DNA of 47,440 nucleotides, filler included, from Sphacelaria rigidula (lineage: Eukaryota), in the NCBI GenBank assembly GCA_964200075.2. It is 2 parts of 2 records of this genome, joined end to end, with 100 filler letters (N's around TTAATTAATTAA, not from the genome) between each part and the next. Parts side by side here need not be neighbours in the genome. Positions count along the whole stretch, not along the records: positions 23,782 to 47,440 come from CAXNAA020000252.1; 1 more part is not named here. One strand, given 5' to 3'. Both the position numbers and the translations under genes were made by a program. Shown here in pieces: positions 24,359 through 37,136 of the stretch. Positions within the stretch are counted from its first letter, which is position 1; each line of letters begins with the position of its first letter. The notes beneath the pieces were generated by a model. The model made no database searches, was not told where the DNA came from, and saw only the letters and a program-made list of their open reading frames with translations.

Positions 24359-26798
24359 ATTCTTTGGCTTCATAAAATATTATATTTTTTGGGCTAAACG
24401 GCAAAAAAGGCAGCATGAAGGCCTCTACAAGCCGTTGCACTTGCTGTAGGAGTGATCCAACGCACACACACGACTGGCGAAGTGAACTGATATTTTTTTG
24501 CGGTAAGGTCTCGAAAACTCCAGGACTCAGCCACCTCACCAACCACTGTTTGCGTAATCACTACATCAGGTCGAATTTCCTGACTCGCGTTCAATTCATC
24601 CTAATATCTCGAAAACAGTGTACAAACTTGCTTCTAGACCAGGAGCAAACTCCCAACACACGAACCAAAATAGTTTCCAAAAGTCCGACAACACATGGCA
24701 GCCCAATTACTGGCATGTAAAGCACCCAATCCCTCGCTTCATTGATATAGTTTTTTCGCTTTCAGATGTCTGAGTTGTTTGACATCGTAGCATACGGCAA
24801 CAATACGTATCTATTCTCCCCCGCCACTCGCTCCAGATGTACATGGTGACGCCCGAAGAAATTGCGGGAGGAAACGTCGAAAAAACGATATTTCACCCGC
24901 GACCCAAACAGAGGACGATTCGCATTTGTTGGGACATGAAAAAATGATCGCCCTTGATTGCGAAATTCCCTGACGCTTTCGCGGCAACCTGATGTAGAGG
25001 TGTACGCCAAAAATCCGCGTTCGATACCGTCACATCTCACGCAAACCCAAACGTTTAAGAGTCCAGGGGACATCGTCCTACTTCTTGCCCTTCAAAATCA
25101 TCATGTCACCATCAGTCACCCACACGCCCAAAGTTGGTTCCATCTCTGAGAAAACATCCATTTTTACTCATAACTTGTTTAGGCCCCTTTCCCTTGCCTC
25201 TGCCCCCCCCGTCCGAGCGAAACCCTCGACATGCGTCAATCTCAAGCAAGTGATGCAAAAAAGAGGCCCACACCTTCGCGGGCTGTGCCCGTCATGAACG
25301 AATGCAGGTGGTCTGCCCGACTCCCCTGCAGTCTCAATTCACCCCTAAGATAGTGCATGAAGCCTACACTTTATCACAACGGGTCTACTGTTGGGTATGC
25401 AACCAGCAGACAGCGTAAAATAACACGCCACAAAAACTGCAAATCACACCAATATATATGTACACAACGTGAACAAAGATCTGAACAAGCCATGATGAAA
25501 GGTGTCACGTCCGAACTTTCTCAGATGTTGGGTCTGAAAACCAAGCACGCACAGGGCAATCTGCCACCATCGGGATGTATCCACGATTGATTCTACTCTA
25601 GACCGCAGCCTGTTTCCCACATTGCTACAAAGGCCGATTTCTCCACAGGCCCTTCGCCAAGCACCCGCTTTTGTTCAACCCAACCGACCCAACATCCACA
25701 TCTATATATACAGTGGGCACAACCTCGAGCGGCACGCATCAATATCTAGTACGGCGCGCGTTTTCGATGCACAACATCATGGCCCACAAGCGGCCTACCC
25801 ATCCTCGTCAGTATCACCACGGCGGCATCGTCAAACCACCGCTGAACTACGCACAAGAGTAGAGCATCGTTGAAATCACAATTCTAGATCTCATCTACAC
25901 ACAAATCTACCCCATCACTACACACACCATGTTTTCGATCATTTATTTTTCGCGACGTGTACCTCATTATACTGCATTACAAAAAGGGTGAGACGAGTGT
26001 TCGTAACAGCCCATGTACTTGCACTCTGCACGAAAAAGATCAAAGGGTGTATCTACACCGAGGGAAACGTGGAGCGCGTTGCATCAACTGCACCAGGTGC
26101 GAATAAACGAAAATATATTTACATATATATATATATATATTTACACATGAGACCCCTCTCCCCCACCGATTTACAGACACAACCGCAACCCCTCCATCCA
26201 GATCCCCACGGAAACGATCGCCGTGCTGCACCAAAAGTGGCCTTGAAATAGTTTTTATTGTTGTATTTGCACTTCAGCATCGGCGTAATTGCGCCTCACC
26301 ACGAAATTCTCGTTCCGTTAATGATGACAAGTATCGCATGTGACGGCCCGGGGGACGCATCCATCCAAACGCTTCAAAACTCTCGCTTGTTCCACACAGC
26401 CCATCTCCTTACGAAACGTATATCTTGTACAGTGCGGCGTTGTAGCGCCCACGGGTTCATTTGCGATACAAGTGCCACGCATACTTCACAAACCCTTCGG
26501 CAATGATACTCTCCGACCCAACCCGATTGCGATGAATGCCCTTCATTACGAAGCTGTCGTTCATCTCGACACGCCGACTTCCCTATTGCAGGGCAGCGTG
26601 TACCGCTGTACCGAGGCTTATTTTTCACCACCTTTCATGATCTCAAATCACGGCCACGCAACAGCAACAAGCGTTCACACGAACGGGACTGATCCCACCA
26701 CTTCATCTCTTCGACTTACGACCGTGTGACGTCGCGGGTGCATGTGCACAAGAATAGAATGGATCAAGAAACCGTTATTAATTGCTCATGTCAACCAC

Positions 26799-26948
26799 TT
26801 ACGTGATCGGTGGGGGGCGATTCCCCGTGATCATGACCTTCATCCAGGAGTGGGAGTATTCCCACAAGTCTCGCTTGATGCGGTTATCAATGGCATGTTC
26901 GCGTATCAGGCCTTCCTTGTTCAAGCTGTAAAGCGACACCGCACTCAG
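26799..26948 (-). CDS. DUF2358-like gene, C-terminal domain exon (LSAVSLYSLNKEGLIREHAIDN...); ends at stop 26799 or splices on via ac|gtaagt at 26802
   Basis: Acceptor cacgacgcag|; resembles the DUF2358 SxYxLxxxGxIxEHxxD motif; phase 0 with the upstream exon. Confidence 0.8.
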   Translation of the reverse strand: MSAVSLYSLNKEGLIREHAIDNRIKRDLWEYSHSWMKVMITGNRPPPIT

Positions 26949-27524
26949 CTGCGTCGTGCACGCAGGAGAGACGGGGGTGGATGCAATCGAGGGAGTTGTT
27001 TTTGTCTGAATACATGTATAGAACTCAGCACCAGAGCAGTCGTGTGCGATGCAGTGCAGCAGGGGATGCAGCAGGTTTGAGCTTGGATATATATCTCGAG
27101 TACCATCATGAAACATGACTTCCAACTCAGCTGCATGTGATGAATCAGGCACGGAGGGGTGAGCGGTAGTATAGCAGCAGGCTGGCTGTCGGTGAGGTTG
27201 TAAGGCTAGTGTCAGGAGCACTGACAAACGTGGTACAACATTGCTTGGAGTAGGCGCTCGAGGCTCCAAACAGCGACTACAAGTTTTCGGGACTCAGCGT
27301 TTGGTGAACTTCACCGTCATGTCACCGAAACTCAAAACGTGTGTTCTTGGAAAAGCATTACATTATTTCCAAGTTTACCGAGAAGCGGGGCTCCTTGGAG
27401 TGCACGATCATGCTTGTTCGAAACAATTCAAGAAAAAAAAACTCGACTATCACCGGGTGCGTGATGCCTCCGACAACTGACGTTGTTCGCGTAATTCCCT
27501 GTCATCGATCCTCAAGACTACTGC

Positions 27525-27895
27525 TGTGTGTGTGTGTTGTCACCCCTTCTATTCTGGACGTCGGTCTACACCTTCGGGTATATGTGGGCGCACCAGCCGG
27601 GGTCACACAGGAGAAAGGTCAACACAGGAGATTTTTCTTCTTTATTTGTTTTTAGTACCCCACCTTTCTTCTGCGATGCTTGCCTTAATCTTTTATCGCG
27701 AGAGGGGTTCAGCAGTCCCTTTCCCTCGTCGACCGTTAAGTCGAATTCTGTGTACCCACGGCATACAGTAGTCGCTCTCCTTTGTTGAGAGTTGAGCATG
27801 GTGTGAGAAAAAATCCCAGATCACTCCGAGATGTTGATCCACAACCCAACCGTCACAAGTTTTCGAGGTCACCAACTGAGCTACTGGGGTGGCCG
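27525..27895 (-). mobile_element. tRNA-derived SINE family A, full-length copy in a DUF2358 intron
   Basis: Colinear with 9782-10148, including the CA tail and tRNA-like head. Confidence 0.88.
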
Positions 27896-28120
27896 AGATA
27901 ACGGAGAAGACACATCCTTACTGTCTGAACCCCCGTGTCCGTGAACGCTTCCACGACTCGCGACCGAGTAGAATCTACAACGCACATTACAGACAACATA
28001 TTATGAACACCCCAAGCAAAACCAAGTTACCAAAGCGCACCCTACCCCCAAATTTAGCCGAATCCCAGTCATAATGGTCGCAACCCGCGGGCAACTATTA
28101 TAACCAGTGGTATCACACAC

Positions 28121-28321
28121 CTGGACAGCCGTGCTCTCTCCCATGAAAGGAGCATTCGCGGCCAGAGTCCATTTTAGCTCAATCACTTTCTTCGACTTGC
28201 TGTAGCAAACGCTGCTCACGCCAACACGCGGCTTAGCTGCCGTGATGGCACCAAGCACCCTTAGCGACGTATGCAGGGCCCCGTACAGCCTTCTGCCTTG
28301 CACCAGCTCGCCGATCGGATC
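28121..28321 (-). CDS. DUF2358-like gene exon (DPIGELVQGRRLYGALHTSLR...IELKWTL...STAVQ)
   Basis: tctgtgtag| acceptor, ccag|gtgtgt donor; 201 nt, phase 0-0; DP...G..xY and WT features of DUF2358/SnoaL-like domains. Confidence 0.82.
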
Positions 28322-29030
28322 CTACACAGAACACAGTGGGGAAACGCCTCGATCAGAATGCAATGCGAAGAGTGGGTATCGCCTGTTCGGCATACATTCT
28401 AGAGCCAGGCGTTACAACGGAAGAGGAATAGTCGTGTTTGAGGTGCTCCACTCGTTGGGGCGCGGTGAGCACGCGCCCTCGTGAAGGGGGAGCGAGATGG
28501 GGGAAAAGGCCGGAGGGGTGGGTGAGGAGGCCGGGGCTAGACAGGCGTAGTTATGCTCAGCTTGCCCCAGCCGTAGGGTGATCCACCACGTGTTCTCGAG
28601 AGCACGGTGTATTATTCCCAAAGTAGCTGTTGCCGAGGACTAATATCTCGTTGCGAATCATATGAATCATGGCTCATAGGTTTTCTTGCCGATCTCATGT
28701 TGCTACAGCAGCCCGCAGGCGGGGTTATTGTCACGAAGTGGGGAAGCTGTTGAAGGTGTGGCCTCCTCAAACGCGAAGGTTCCATCGGAGAAGAGTACAC
28801 ACGCATACGCCCACGGGAAAAACAACGCGAACCACTAAGAATACAGCGCAATCAACTTCATTACGAGCCAGTCCCTGAGGAATCTCATGATCCAGCAGCG
28901 ATCGCTGTCATCCAGCCACATTCAACGGCACGAGCAACCATGGACGTTAATAGAGCTTCACGGAAATCAATTTCTCGAGAGTGGTTTTCAGTTATGTCCA
29001 ACCGTTAGAGTATGCAGTGATAACGCTCAC

Positions 29031-29183
29031 CTTGAGGACAACGTTGCTAGAGAATATTTCCAGCCGGGGGGGTGCCGAGAACATATGCGGCACGTCGACG
29101 GCGAGGTAGTCCATTGCTCGGCCGACATTCATGTTGAACTCCGCGTCTTCGTCTCCGTCATGTTCGTCTCCACCGACCGGTCC
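29031..29183 (-). CDS. DUF2358-like gene exon (...EFNMNVGRAMDYLAVDVPHMFSAPPRLEIFSSNVVLK)
   Basis: tttcaatgcag| acceptor, caag|gtgagc donor; 153 nt, phase 0-0; resembles the DUF2358 N-terminal helix NxGxAxxxLxxDxPxxF. Confidence 0.82.
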
Positions 29184-29280
29184 CTGCATTGAAAAAGTTA
29201 AAACAGAGTTCCGGAATAAAGTGGTGGCGTTGAAAATCACCTGGACGAGTGAGCAGTGCTGCCACTGAACCAATTGATTT

Positions 29281-29330
29281 CCATTTTATTTCATTTATTT
29301 GTCGCTTTTCGAAACCTTTCCCTCCCCGGT
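29281..29330 (-). repeat. 3' fragment of SINE family B
   Basis: rc ggggagggaaaggtttcgaaaagcgacaaataaatgaaataaa resembles 12478-12520. Confidence 0.5.
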
Positions 29331-31106
29331 ACGTGATTAAAACCCGAAATCGAATTTCAGAGGAAGAAGAATACGTTTCTTCAGAATATCATATGTAATA
29401 CATCAGCACAACAGGAACGAACCGTCCCACTTGATACACATTTTTTTCTCTTGAAGGAAGGAGGAAACCTTACCCAACACTCAACCCTTATGGAACCCAC
29501 TAACGATTCTTGTGTTCGTGAATCGGCGTTATTTTGACTTGAGAATGAGTGAAAACTATGCCGATTCAGAAGAACAAAAATCATCAATGAGTTCCAAAAG
29601 GGTTACCCCCAAGCGGGTTTGTGTGCCTATTACCCGGAGGCTCGACTAGACCACCTCGCGGCAGTCATGTTAGGGAGGCGCCTCGAGCATTCCGTCAGAT
29701 GATTTTTCTTCCTTTTTCGTCTGAATTATCCGATGTTCGTCGTTGGAAGCGTGAGGAGGTGAATGGCAAAAAGAGATTGTTTGGGCTGAGTTTGTTAGAT
29801 GACAGCCCATGAGATGCGAGAGTGCTGATCCAGTCCGCAAAACCAAAATGTAAGGTGTGCACCGGAGGAGAGATGGATTAATCCCATGCCCTCGTGACCA
29901 CGGCTCGTCCCGCGGGAGGGAGGGGGTTAATTGTGAAGGGGAAACAAATCGCGGTGAAGAAAGCGTGCCTGACGCGATCGCCAACAAATTGATGGGTGAG
30001 CTTGAGCCACCGCGAACATGTCCGGGATTTAGCGAGTGACGCTGCTGCAGTCGTGGGGAGGGCATGCATGCCGCCCCCAATCTTTCATCCCCGTGCAGAG
30101 GTACGTTGTCCATCGCAAAACAGTGAGTCCGAATCACAATACAGTACTTGCCGGGAGAATGTTGAGCATCTGGCTCATAGGGATGGGTCTTAGGTTGAAC
30201 TAGCATCGTTTTCACTTGAAACACGTCGTCAGACCAGATGGCCCACCCTTGGTGCCAAAAAGGGTTCAAAATACGCTCTTGGAAAACATCAACATGCCCT
30301 CCAGTCTTGCGCCAAAATAAAGAAACAAAAATGTACCGGAATGCCCGCCCTGTATTTGTGACTGCCCGCACTAGGCCCGCATACAAAATCACTGCACTTT
30401 TGTACGGAAACTTTGCTTGAGCATTTCTCGACCGTGGGTAAATGGACCGTCATAAAACCTGGTGCACAAGTTGGACACAACAAAAGCAGTATGTGCAGCA
30501 AGTTTCAGCTCCTTTCAGGCAACGAGCAAGTTAAACTAAGCGAATACCGCAGATACTGTCGATAGGCCCTCAAAACGGCTGTCTCGCAGCCCAGATTCCG
30601 TGTACCGTGAGTGAATGCATATGTGGATATGGTGGTCTACTCATTTCCATATCATGATCTACTGGGAGGGTACAGTGTTGGCAAACAATATACATACATA
30701 GATCAGTACTAGCACACCCTCTGGATGATGACAATCTGTAGAAAAGTCATTCCGGTATCGACTATAGAGATGCTCAGGGCGGGAGGCACGGTCGTGCGCG
30801 CGCTGTCATCGCTGCTATGGGCTGAAACTTCGGCAATATGCCATGCAGACCCCAATCGACAAACCAATGCGTCTAGATCTCGGGTTGGGCATTCCAGCAG
30901 CGCGCGAGGGGATGAAAAGAGCTCCAATTCTGTTCCGAAGCTTCTTTTTTTTGCGGAAGACTGTTGGGAACAATGAACATGACAAAAATGAAAGTTCAAG
31001 CTGCGCCGTTAGGTACAATAGTCCGTGCAAGGCGAGTAACAGCTGTACCGTGCGCCCCTCCCTTCATGAGTTACGAAACGGAAAACATTCAATGTGCATG
31101 TATCAC

Positions 31107-31280
31107 CTGCAGCGGCGTGTGTAGGGGGAACTCCACCGGTTTCAGCGCAAGGAGCGGAGGCCTGTGAAGCAGATGATTTGTTTGAGCAGTGCGCTGATGA
31201 TGAGGTATAACTAAAAACCCTTGTACAGAAAGAACCACCGATAGGAGAGATATAGCACTGGCGATAGCAGCTCGCACCAT
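31107..31280 (-). CDS. Probable first exon of the DUF2358-like gene: signal peptide plus plastid transit peptide (MVRAAIASAISLLSVVLSVQG-FLVIP...)
   Basis: ATG 31280, hydrophobic signal peptide with Phe at +1 (ASAFAP-type), donor ctgcag|gtgata in phase 0. Intervening exons around 30720-30960 and 29860-30045 are not resolved. Confidence 0.65.
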
Positions 31281-31634
31281 GCTGCTTGAATGCTAAACTG
31301 TTCACCAAAGTGGGTTGTAATGTCTCCTAGTCGTGGAGGATACAGCGCAGTGCAGTGGAGTTGCGCTGGCTCTGTTGCAGTACGGAACAACTGAAGAATT
31401 GCGATGTACCGAAAGAAGTGTCATGTTTCAGGATTTATTTTCTACTGACATGTTTTTACGCGATACATTATATGCGGGCCCACTTGTGCCTGTACATGTA
31501 TACTCGAGCTGTTCTGCATTTTAGTCACGGGTCCTCGCAGCTTCGGGCTCCGTGATCATCGCACCAAAGGCCGAATGCACAACTCCACCATACTGTCCTA
31601 GTACGAAAGATCAACATTGATATCTCCAAGAGAT

Positions 31635-31915
31635 CTCCATGTGCGTGTGAAGCGTGATATGCAATGGCTGCACTGTAGCTCTGCGGACGTCATGGATGCA
31701 CTGATGACAGTATTTCAAAGCGGAGGATAAGGATATCAGACGCGTCGGGAAACACGCCGCGAGGCCAGCATTAATGCCTCCAGGAGCCCTCCATGCGTAA
31801 GTGAAGTACGACGCACAATGACTGTATTGTAGCTCTGCGAAACTCGTGTATGTACTGCTGACAGCATTTCAAGGTAGAGGATGAGGATATCACGCGCGTC
31901 GTAATGCTGCACATA
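31635..31915 (+). repeat. Degenerate tandem duplication (two ~150-bp units)
   Basis: ctccatg...gtgaag...caatg.ctg.a.tgtagctctgcg...tgacag.atttcaa...gaggat.aggatatca..cgcgtcg repeated 154 bp apart. Confidence 0.7.
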
Positions 31916-32576
31916 CGGCCACCAGAGGGGTCGCTAGCTTGAGGCGCATATTGCGACCACCCATGCTTGATGGTGTTTGTCAACATGTTCACGTACTATG
32001 AAGTTGTTTTGAATATGTTTACTGTCTACACAACGTACAGGCTGGGCCGCCGAAGACGCTGACATAAATACTGATACGCGATTATACTGCTCAATTTTAG
32101 GCCGTTCACTTTGAAATTTTGACACGATGCACAGGACGTATATGCGAAGACGCCATGTTTCCTCCTACATTTTTTTTCTTCGTGAGTTGTTTGCGATTTA
32201 GACCGACTTTTATGCGCTGGGATATGTTATTTTTTGGCCTGGGATCTGGCCAAATCCCAGAAAACGCACTTTAAGCACCCTGGATTTGACCAGATCCCAG
32301 CGAAAAAAAATCGAGCGTCACGCTCTCGAAACGGTTTTCTGGAATCTGGAGTCGAGATTTCAGCTCCCAGCTGGGATCTGAAATCTGGATGAGGGTGACG
32401 TACGTACCTTGCCGTACGCTGCTTGAACAAGAGGCGTTTGACGCTTTCAAACTGCACGCAATCAAAGCACAGTGCTCGGACAGTCTCACGGCCCGTACCG
32501 TCAGGCAACAGTGCTAGGGTGAGCTTTGCCTGGCACTTGCTGCCTACTGTGTGCGGGGTGTGACAGAAAGGAAAGA

Positions 32577-33014
32577 ATGAACAACGAAGAAGAGGCCATC
32601 CTTGCTGAAGCTGAGTACGAAGAAGAAGAAGCTGCCGTGATGATCATGCGGGTAGGAGCATTTGCGAGGCGGCGGAAGAGAAGTCGCCATCATGACATGA
32701 GGAGTGTGAGGGAATGGGCTGTAGCACTGGGAAGCATGCCTCAGTCGGAGGACGAAGAGAGCGAGGATGATGGTCGGAGAGGACCGCGCACCGTACATCC
32801 CCGCCCACCATATGAAGACTCATCCTGGGCGAGAATGCTTCGGAACCCTGCGCTCGCAGACCCTGCATCGCGAGACGCGCAACTCTTCAGGCGCCGTTTT
32901 CGAGTGCCGTACCAGTTTTTCCTTCAGCTCGTAGACCTGGTAGAGGAGCGGAGATGGTTCTCCACTACGGCTGTGGACGTGTGCGGGCGGCAGTGCATTC
33001 CCGTAAACCTGAAG
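32577..33014 (+). CDS. Harbinger transposase exon 1 (146 aa; ...WARMLRNP...LFRRRFRVPYQFF...PVNLK)
   Basis: FRRRFRxP motif typical of PIF/Harbinger (Plant_tran/HARBI1-like) transposases; donor gaag|gtatgt, phase 0. Confidence 0.88.
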
Positions 33015-33944
33015 GTATGTTCATGTGTGGCGTGCGTAGGGGAGAGAACGTGCAATATACGCGGCGGTGTTCATAGCGTTGTTACCCAGCGTACAAATAC
33101 GACATCTGTGCTGTATTTTGAGTAAATATCGGTCGTCTACCAACTGTAGAGCGCGCACAAACCCATGCGCAGGCAGAAGAACTGTACTGTCTGCGGCCGT
33201 GCTCTGCAGTACACCGCACGCATGCCACCGCCCCGCACGGAGAGGTTACTGCAACGTAGGCGAGGGCGCAGTCTAGGCGGTAGATCATGTTGTTATGTAT
33301 GACATCGGCGCGGGTATTTTCGGCAGCTACCAGTCTGCGTTACGGTGCGGCCGTTCGTGAGCATAAACGGCGAAATCTGCAATATATAGCGCCATACATA
33401 CCGATAAACTGCTATTTGGGAGGGCCGCTCGGAGCTGTGCCGTCCGCTTCCAGCAGAAATGCTTCACTCGTTCTTATTTTTCGTCGAATCGACACGAAAG
33501 GGCAAACGCTCTGAATTGAGATTCTTTCGCGATCCACCCCCGATGTGACTGTAATTATTGGCATGCACTGCACAGGAAAACAGCACACTACGACTGTCCT
33601 GCTCAAACCATTGTGTTGTCGCTAGATACCACAAGGCCCCCTGCACACGATCTGCCAGAGGAAGACTGCAACAAAATCAAAGGTGCTGCGAAATTGTACT
33701 GCAGTACTACATCCGTTCGCGAAAAAAAGTACCTGCTTTCAAGAATTCCATCATTTTTGTACACGCCCCGGAAAAAAAATCACTCGGCCTTTAAGAAATG
33801 AATAATTATACGTGAGCTGAAAGTAAAGTAATGTCTATGTGAAATGATGCTAGAATCCGCGATTAGAAGAAGGCCCGAGGCTCGCTCCAAATAAGACTTT
33901 CTCAGGTAGAGGCGCCACTTGTATTCCAGTTGAGTGTGGTGGAT

Positions 33945-34140
33945 TCGTACGGGGCGAATATCTTCCTTGGGTTCCATTTCCGCGCTGCAACGCCGTAAGG
34001 CGCACCACAGACACCTGGAATGGCGCAAATGGTGTGCGGAGACCAATTTCACCGGCGGTCATCTCCCTTCCTCCTACCGACCGATCACGTGTGAAAATCG
34101 GGATTTGGTGGTCCCAACTAGCAATGGTTCGTCCGAACCG
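33945..34140 (+). repeat. Family C repeat inside transposase intron 1
   Basis: cacctggaatggcgcaaatgg...gaaaatcgggatttggtg...ttcgtccgaacc. Confidence 0.65.
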
Positions 34141-34772
34141 TGTGACGTTTTTTCCTCGAACGCCCTTCAACAATCTGTTCAGCACATCGCACCACCCATT
34201 TCCCCCCTGAATTACATCACATGACGAACCTTTCCAAGACCGCAGGGGAGAAATCTCGTGCCCCCACTTCCGACTAGTACAGGACTGTTGCAGCATTGTG
34301 CTGCTGCACCCAGGACAGCCTCTGAAGAGAGATGGTCTGCAGTACGCACGTAGAGCGTTAGTATCCTGCCCCTGCTATCGGCCGCCGGTACTTTTTCCCG
34401 GTCTGCTTCCAGACGCCCGCGCTGGGGTTGGCGCCGGCCCCTCCCGAAGGCACCTCCTCTCTCTGTTCCGCTCTTCTTTTTCCCCAAGTGCTAACACTCA
34501 CAAATCCACCGGCGCGGTTGCTACCGTGCTCATGCATGTAACGGTAGCTTCACCCCACGCGCGCTCGGATATCCTTCAACATGCACAGCATACTCGTTCC
34601 ATTATCTGGCGCGCTCTTCACTCCGGCGAGTTATCAGCTCCACCCTCACTTGAGCATAAATGCTTACCCGTAATACCCTCAAGTCAATACACGAGCGTGA
34701 GATAAGTAACCACCTAATGGTCCACATTTGTCGCGATTTGTGTTGCCTTGTCGCCATGGCCCGCCCATGCAG

Positions 34773-35300
34773 GTATTGGCTGCGCTCCAAGTTTTGGGGA
34801 GAGGCACGTGCTTCGACGACGTCAGCCAGACGTCGTTGATGAGCGAACCCGTGGCGTGTATGACGTTTCATACGTTCTGCAGGCACTTCGCTGCAGAGCT
34901 TTACCATGCACACGTTCGTCTCCCTACCGGGGACGAACAGGTGAAAGTCATGGAGGACTTTCACAAGCTCGGATTCACGGGAGCTGTAGGGTCGACGGAC
35001 GTGATCCACGTCAGGTGGGATGCCTGTTCTGACAACCTCCTACGGACTAACACGGGAAAGGAAGGCCACCCCACTATCGCTTACGCGGCGACAGTTGATC
35101 ACTCGGGGCGCGTCCTGGCCATGACGGCGGGCCTCCCGGGATCGTACAACGATAAAACTATCATCTGCGCCGACGCCGTAGTCATTAAGATTAAGGAGGA
35201 CCCACTTTGCACAGAACGAGTGTTCCACCTGATGGGGGCCGACGGCAGCGCGGTGGAATGCAAGGGAAACTACTTGCTGGTGGACAATTGCTACCACAAG
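34773..35300 (+). CDS. Harbinger transposase exon 2 with catalytic motifs GSTDVIHV, PGSYNDKT, YLLVDNCY
   Basis: cccatgcag| acceptor, caag|gtgaga donor; 528 nt, phase 0-0; DDE_Tnp_4-like aspartates. Confidence 0.93.
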
Positions 35301-35484
35301 GTGAGAAATGTCGCAGTCTGTTGGAATAATAAAACGCTTGTGGCGTCCTACAAATGTCCGTGTCGTGTTCGCTGTCGACGTGTGCCGCATCTGAGCGGGG
35401 GAATGAGAGGGAGAATTCGAAACGTGCCGCAAGCTACACACTATGTACTGCACCCCATAATACTTTTCATCTGTATTAGTCGGC

Positions 35485-36300
35485 TGAGGGCTCGGGATTT
35501 CGCATCCGGTGGAAAAACAATAGGACGGGCACTGGAGTCGGCGCTCCTGTCGGAAAACGTTATGGGGTGAGCGCTCGAGTCTTCGCTCGTTTTGGAAATC
35601 GCAGTAGGGTGAGTGCTGAAATCATAGTCGGCTGTGGAAAACTCAGTACGGCCAGTGCTTGGGTCATACCTCGTGCTCGAAGAAAACAATGAAGCGCGCA
35701 CTGGAGTCATTGCTCCTCGCGGAACAGATATGGCTAAACATTCGACTCCTCAATCGTCTTGGAAAAATGATAGCGCGAATACTCGAGTCCTTCCTGTTGG
35801 CGGGAGAAAACGATGAGGGCGAGCATTCGAGTCATTTATCGTTGTGGAAATTTAATAGAGAGGTTCGGAAAACCAAAATTTAGTGTGTATAGTGGTAGTG
35901 AAAGGGACAATAATAGGACTGTGCACTGCCTGTTTTGCCATCGCAATGGCAAAGCAGCTACTCTGCGGCGCTATAACTTTATCTTCGACTATGAATCCAG
36001 CCTCTCAACTTAGGTTTTCCGAAACTCTCAAATACAGGATGTGCTCAAATCAATGCTGTCCGTGGGACATTGAAGGGGCGAGTGCTGGACTCATAGATCA
36101 TTGTGGAGAAAACAAAATGGGGCGAGCACTTCAGTCACAACTCGTAGCAGAAGAACGAACGCCCGCCGCAAAGAATGCGCTGCTCGTTGGGAGCATCATA
36201 AACGGCTGGAGCACACACGAGTCCATGCTTGTTGTTGAAAAAGACGATGACTCGAGCGCGCGAGTCATGCACATTGTTTTTTTCAAGAAACGGCCACGAG
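35485..36300 (+). repeat. Degenerate ~42-bp minisatellite in transposase intron 2 (about 9 units at 35485-35860, more at 36075-36300)
   Basis: Periodic gggcgagcactcgagtca...ggaaaa motif, same family as 38131-38700. Confidence 0.7.
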
Positions 36301-36665
36301 TGCACTCCTTCGAGGAGAGGACTTATTGTTCCTTCGCCACGGAGAAACGTGTGTCGTCTTCTCCAGCCACACGGCTCGTGCACCACCATGTGTAAAGGTT
36401 CTTTTCATTTGTCGCATGCATCTTTGATGTTAGATCACTATGCCACTGCCGTCGTTGTCTCTTTCCTTCACCCTGCTCACATTCGGGGGTTTTCTGTGTA
36501 ATTCTCGTCGCCTATGTGCCATGGACGACGCACATTGCGCCCTACCCCCCGCCCCACACGCACATACACATATGACGGGGGGTTCACGCTACCTTTGCTG
36601 CCTACTACACGCCCAGCGTATACTTAGCCCCGTTTTTTTCGGCCTCTGCGTTTACCCCGTGGCAG

Positions 36666-37136
36666 TGGCGGGTGCTCATACCGCCCACCAAGTGTCCCTA
36701 CAGCGAAGAAGATGTGAGGCTGAGCAAATGGCTCGAGAGCGTGAGGAAGGATGCGGAGTGTTTCTTCGGGCGACTGAAGGGCCGTTTCCGTTTCCTGAAG
36801 CTGTCCATCCTGTTACGCGAGAAAGAGAGAGTGGACAACGCCATGTTCACCGCCTGCATGCTGCATAACATGCTCCATACCATGGACGGCCTCGACAACT
36901 TAGACACCGGTGTGAGCTGGTCCGGGGTGGATGGGCAACATGACAGTGGCGCGGTGGCCCCTGACCTCGACGTCAGCACCGTCGGGCGGCAATGCGTAGG
37001 CGAGGAGGAGGTCCAGGTGAAGAATGCGCACTTCGAGTTCCGGGAGAAGCTAATGACTTCTTTCTCGTATCGGTGGAAACTGAACGATATCCAGTGGTTG
37101 GTGTCCCCGGACCCCAACGCCACTGCTCAGGCGTGA
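36666..37136 (+). CDS. Harbinger transposase exon 3 (WRVLIPP...ESVRKDAECFFGRLKGRFRFL...ACMLHN...)
   Basis: cgtggcag| acceptor, phase 0; RxxxExxFGxLKxRF and CxxLHN motifs; stop at 37136; spliced product 478 aa. Confidence 0.93.
   Translation, partial: WRVLIPPTKCPYSEEDVRLSKWLESVRKDAECFFGRLKGRFRFLKLSILLREKERVDNAMFTACMLHNMLHTMDGLDNLDTGVSWSGVDGQHDSGAVAPDLDVSTVGRQCVGEEEVQVKNAHFEFREKLMTSFSYRWKLNDIQWLVSPDPNATAQA

Noticed and set aside
25746..25845. Minus-strand peptide QRWFDDAAVV as the missing USP Asp box
   Set aside because: Wrong strand and wrong spacing (USP has WxxFDD); more plausibly a terminal exon of the DUF2358 gene, or chance.
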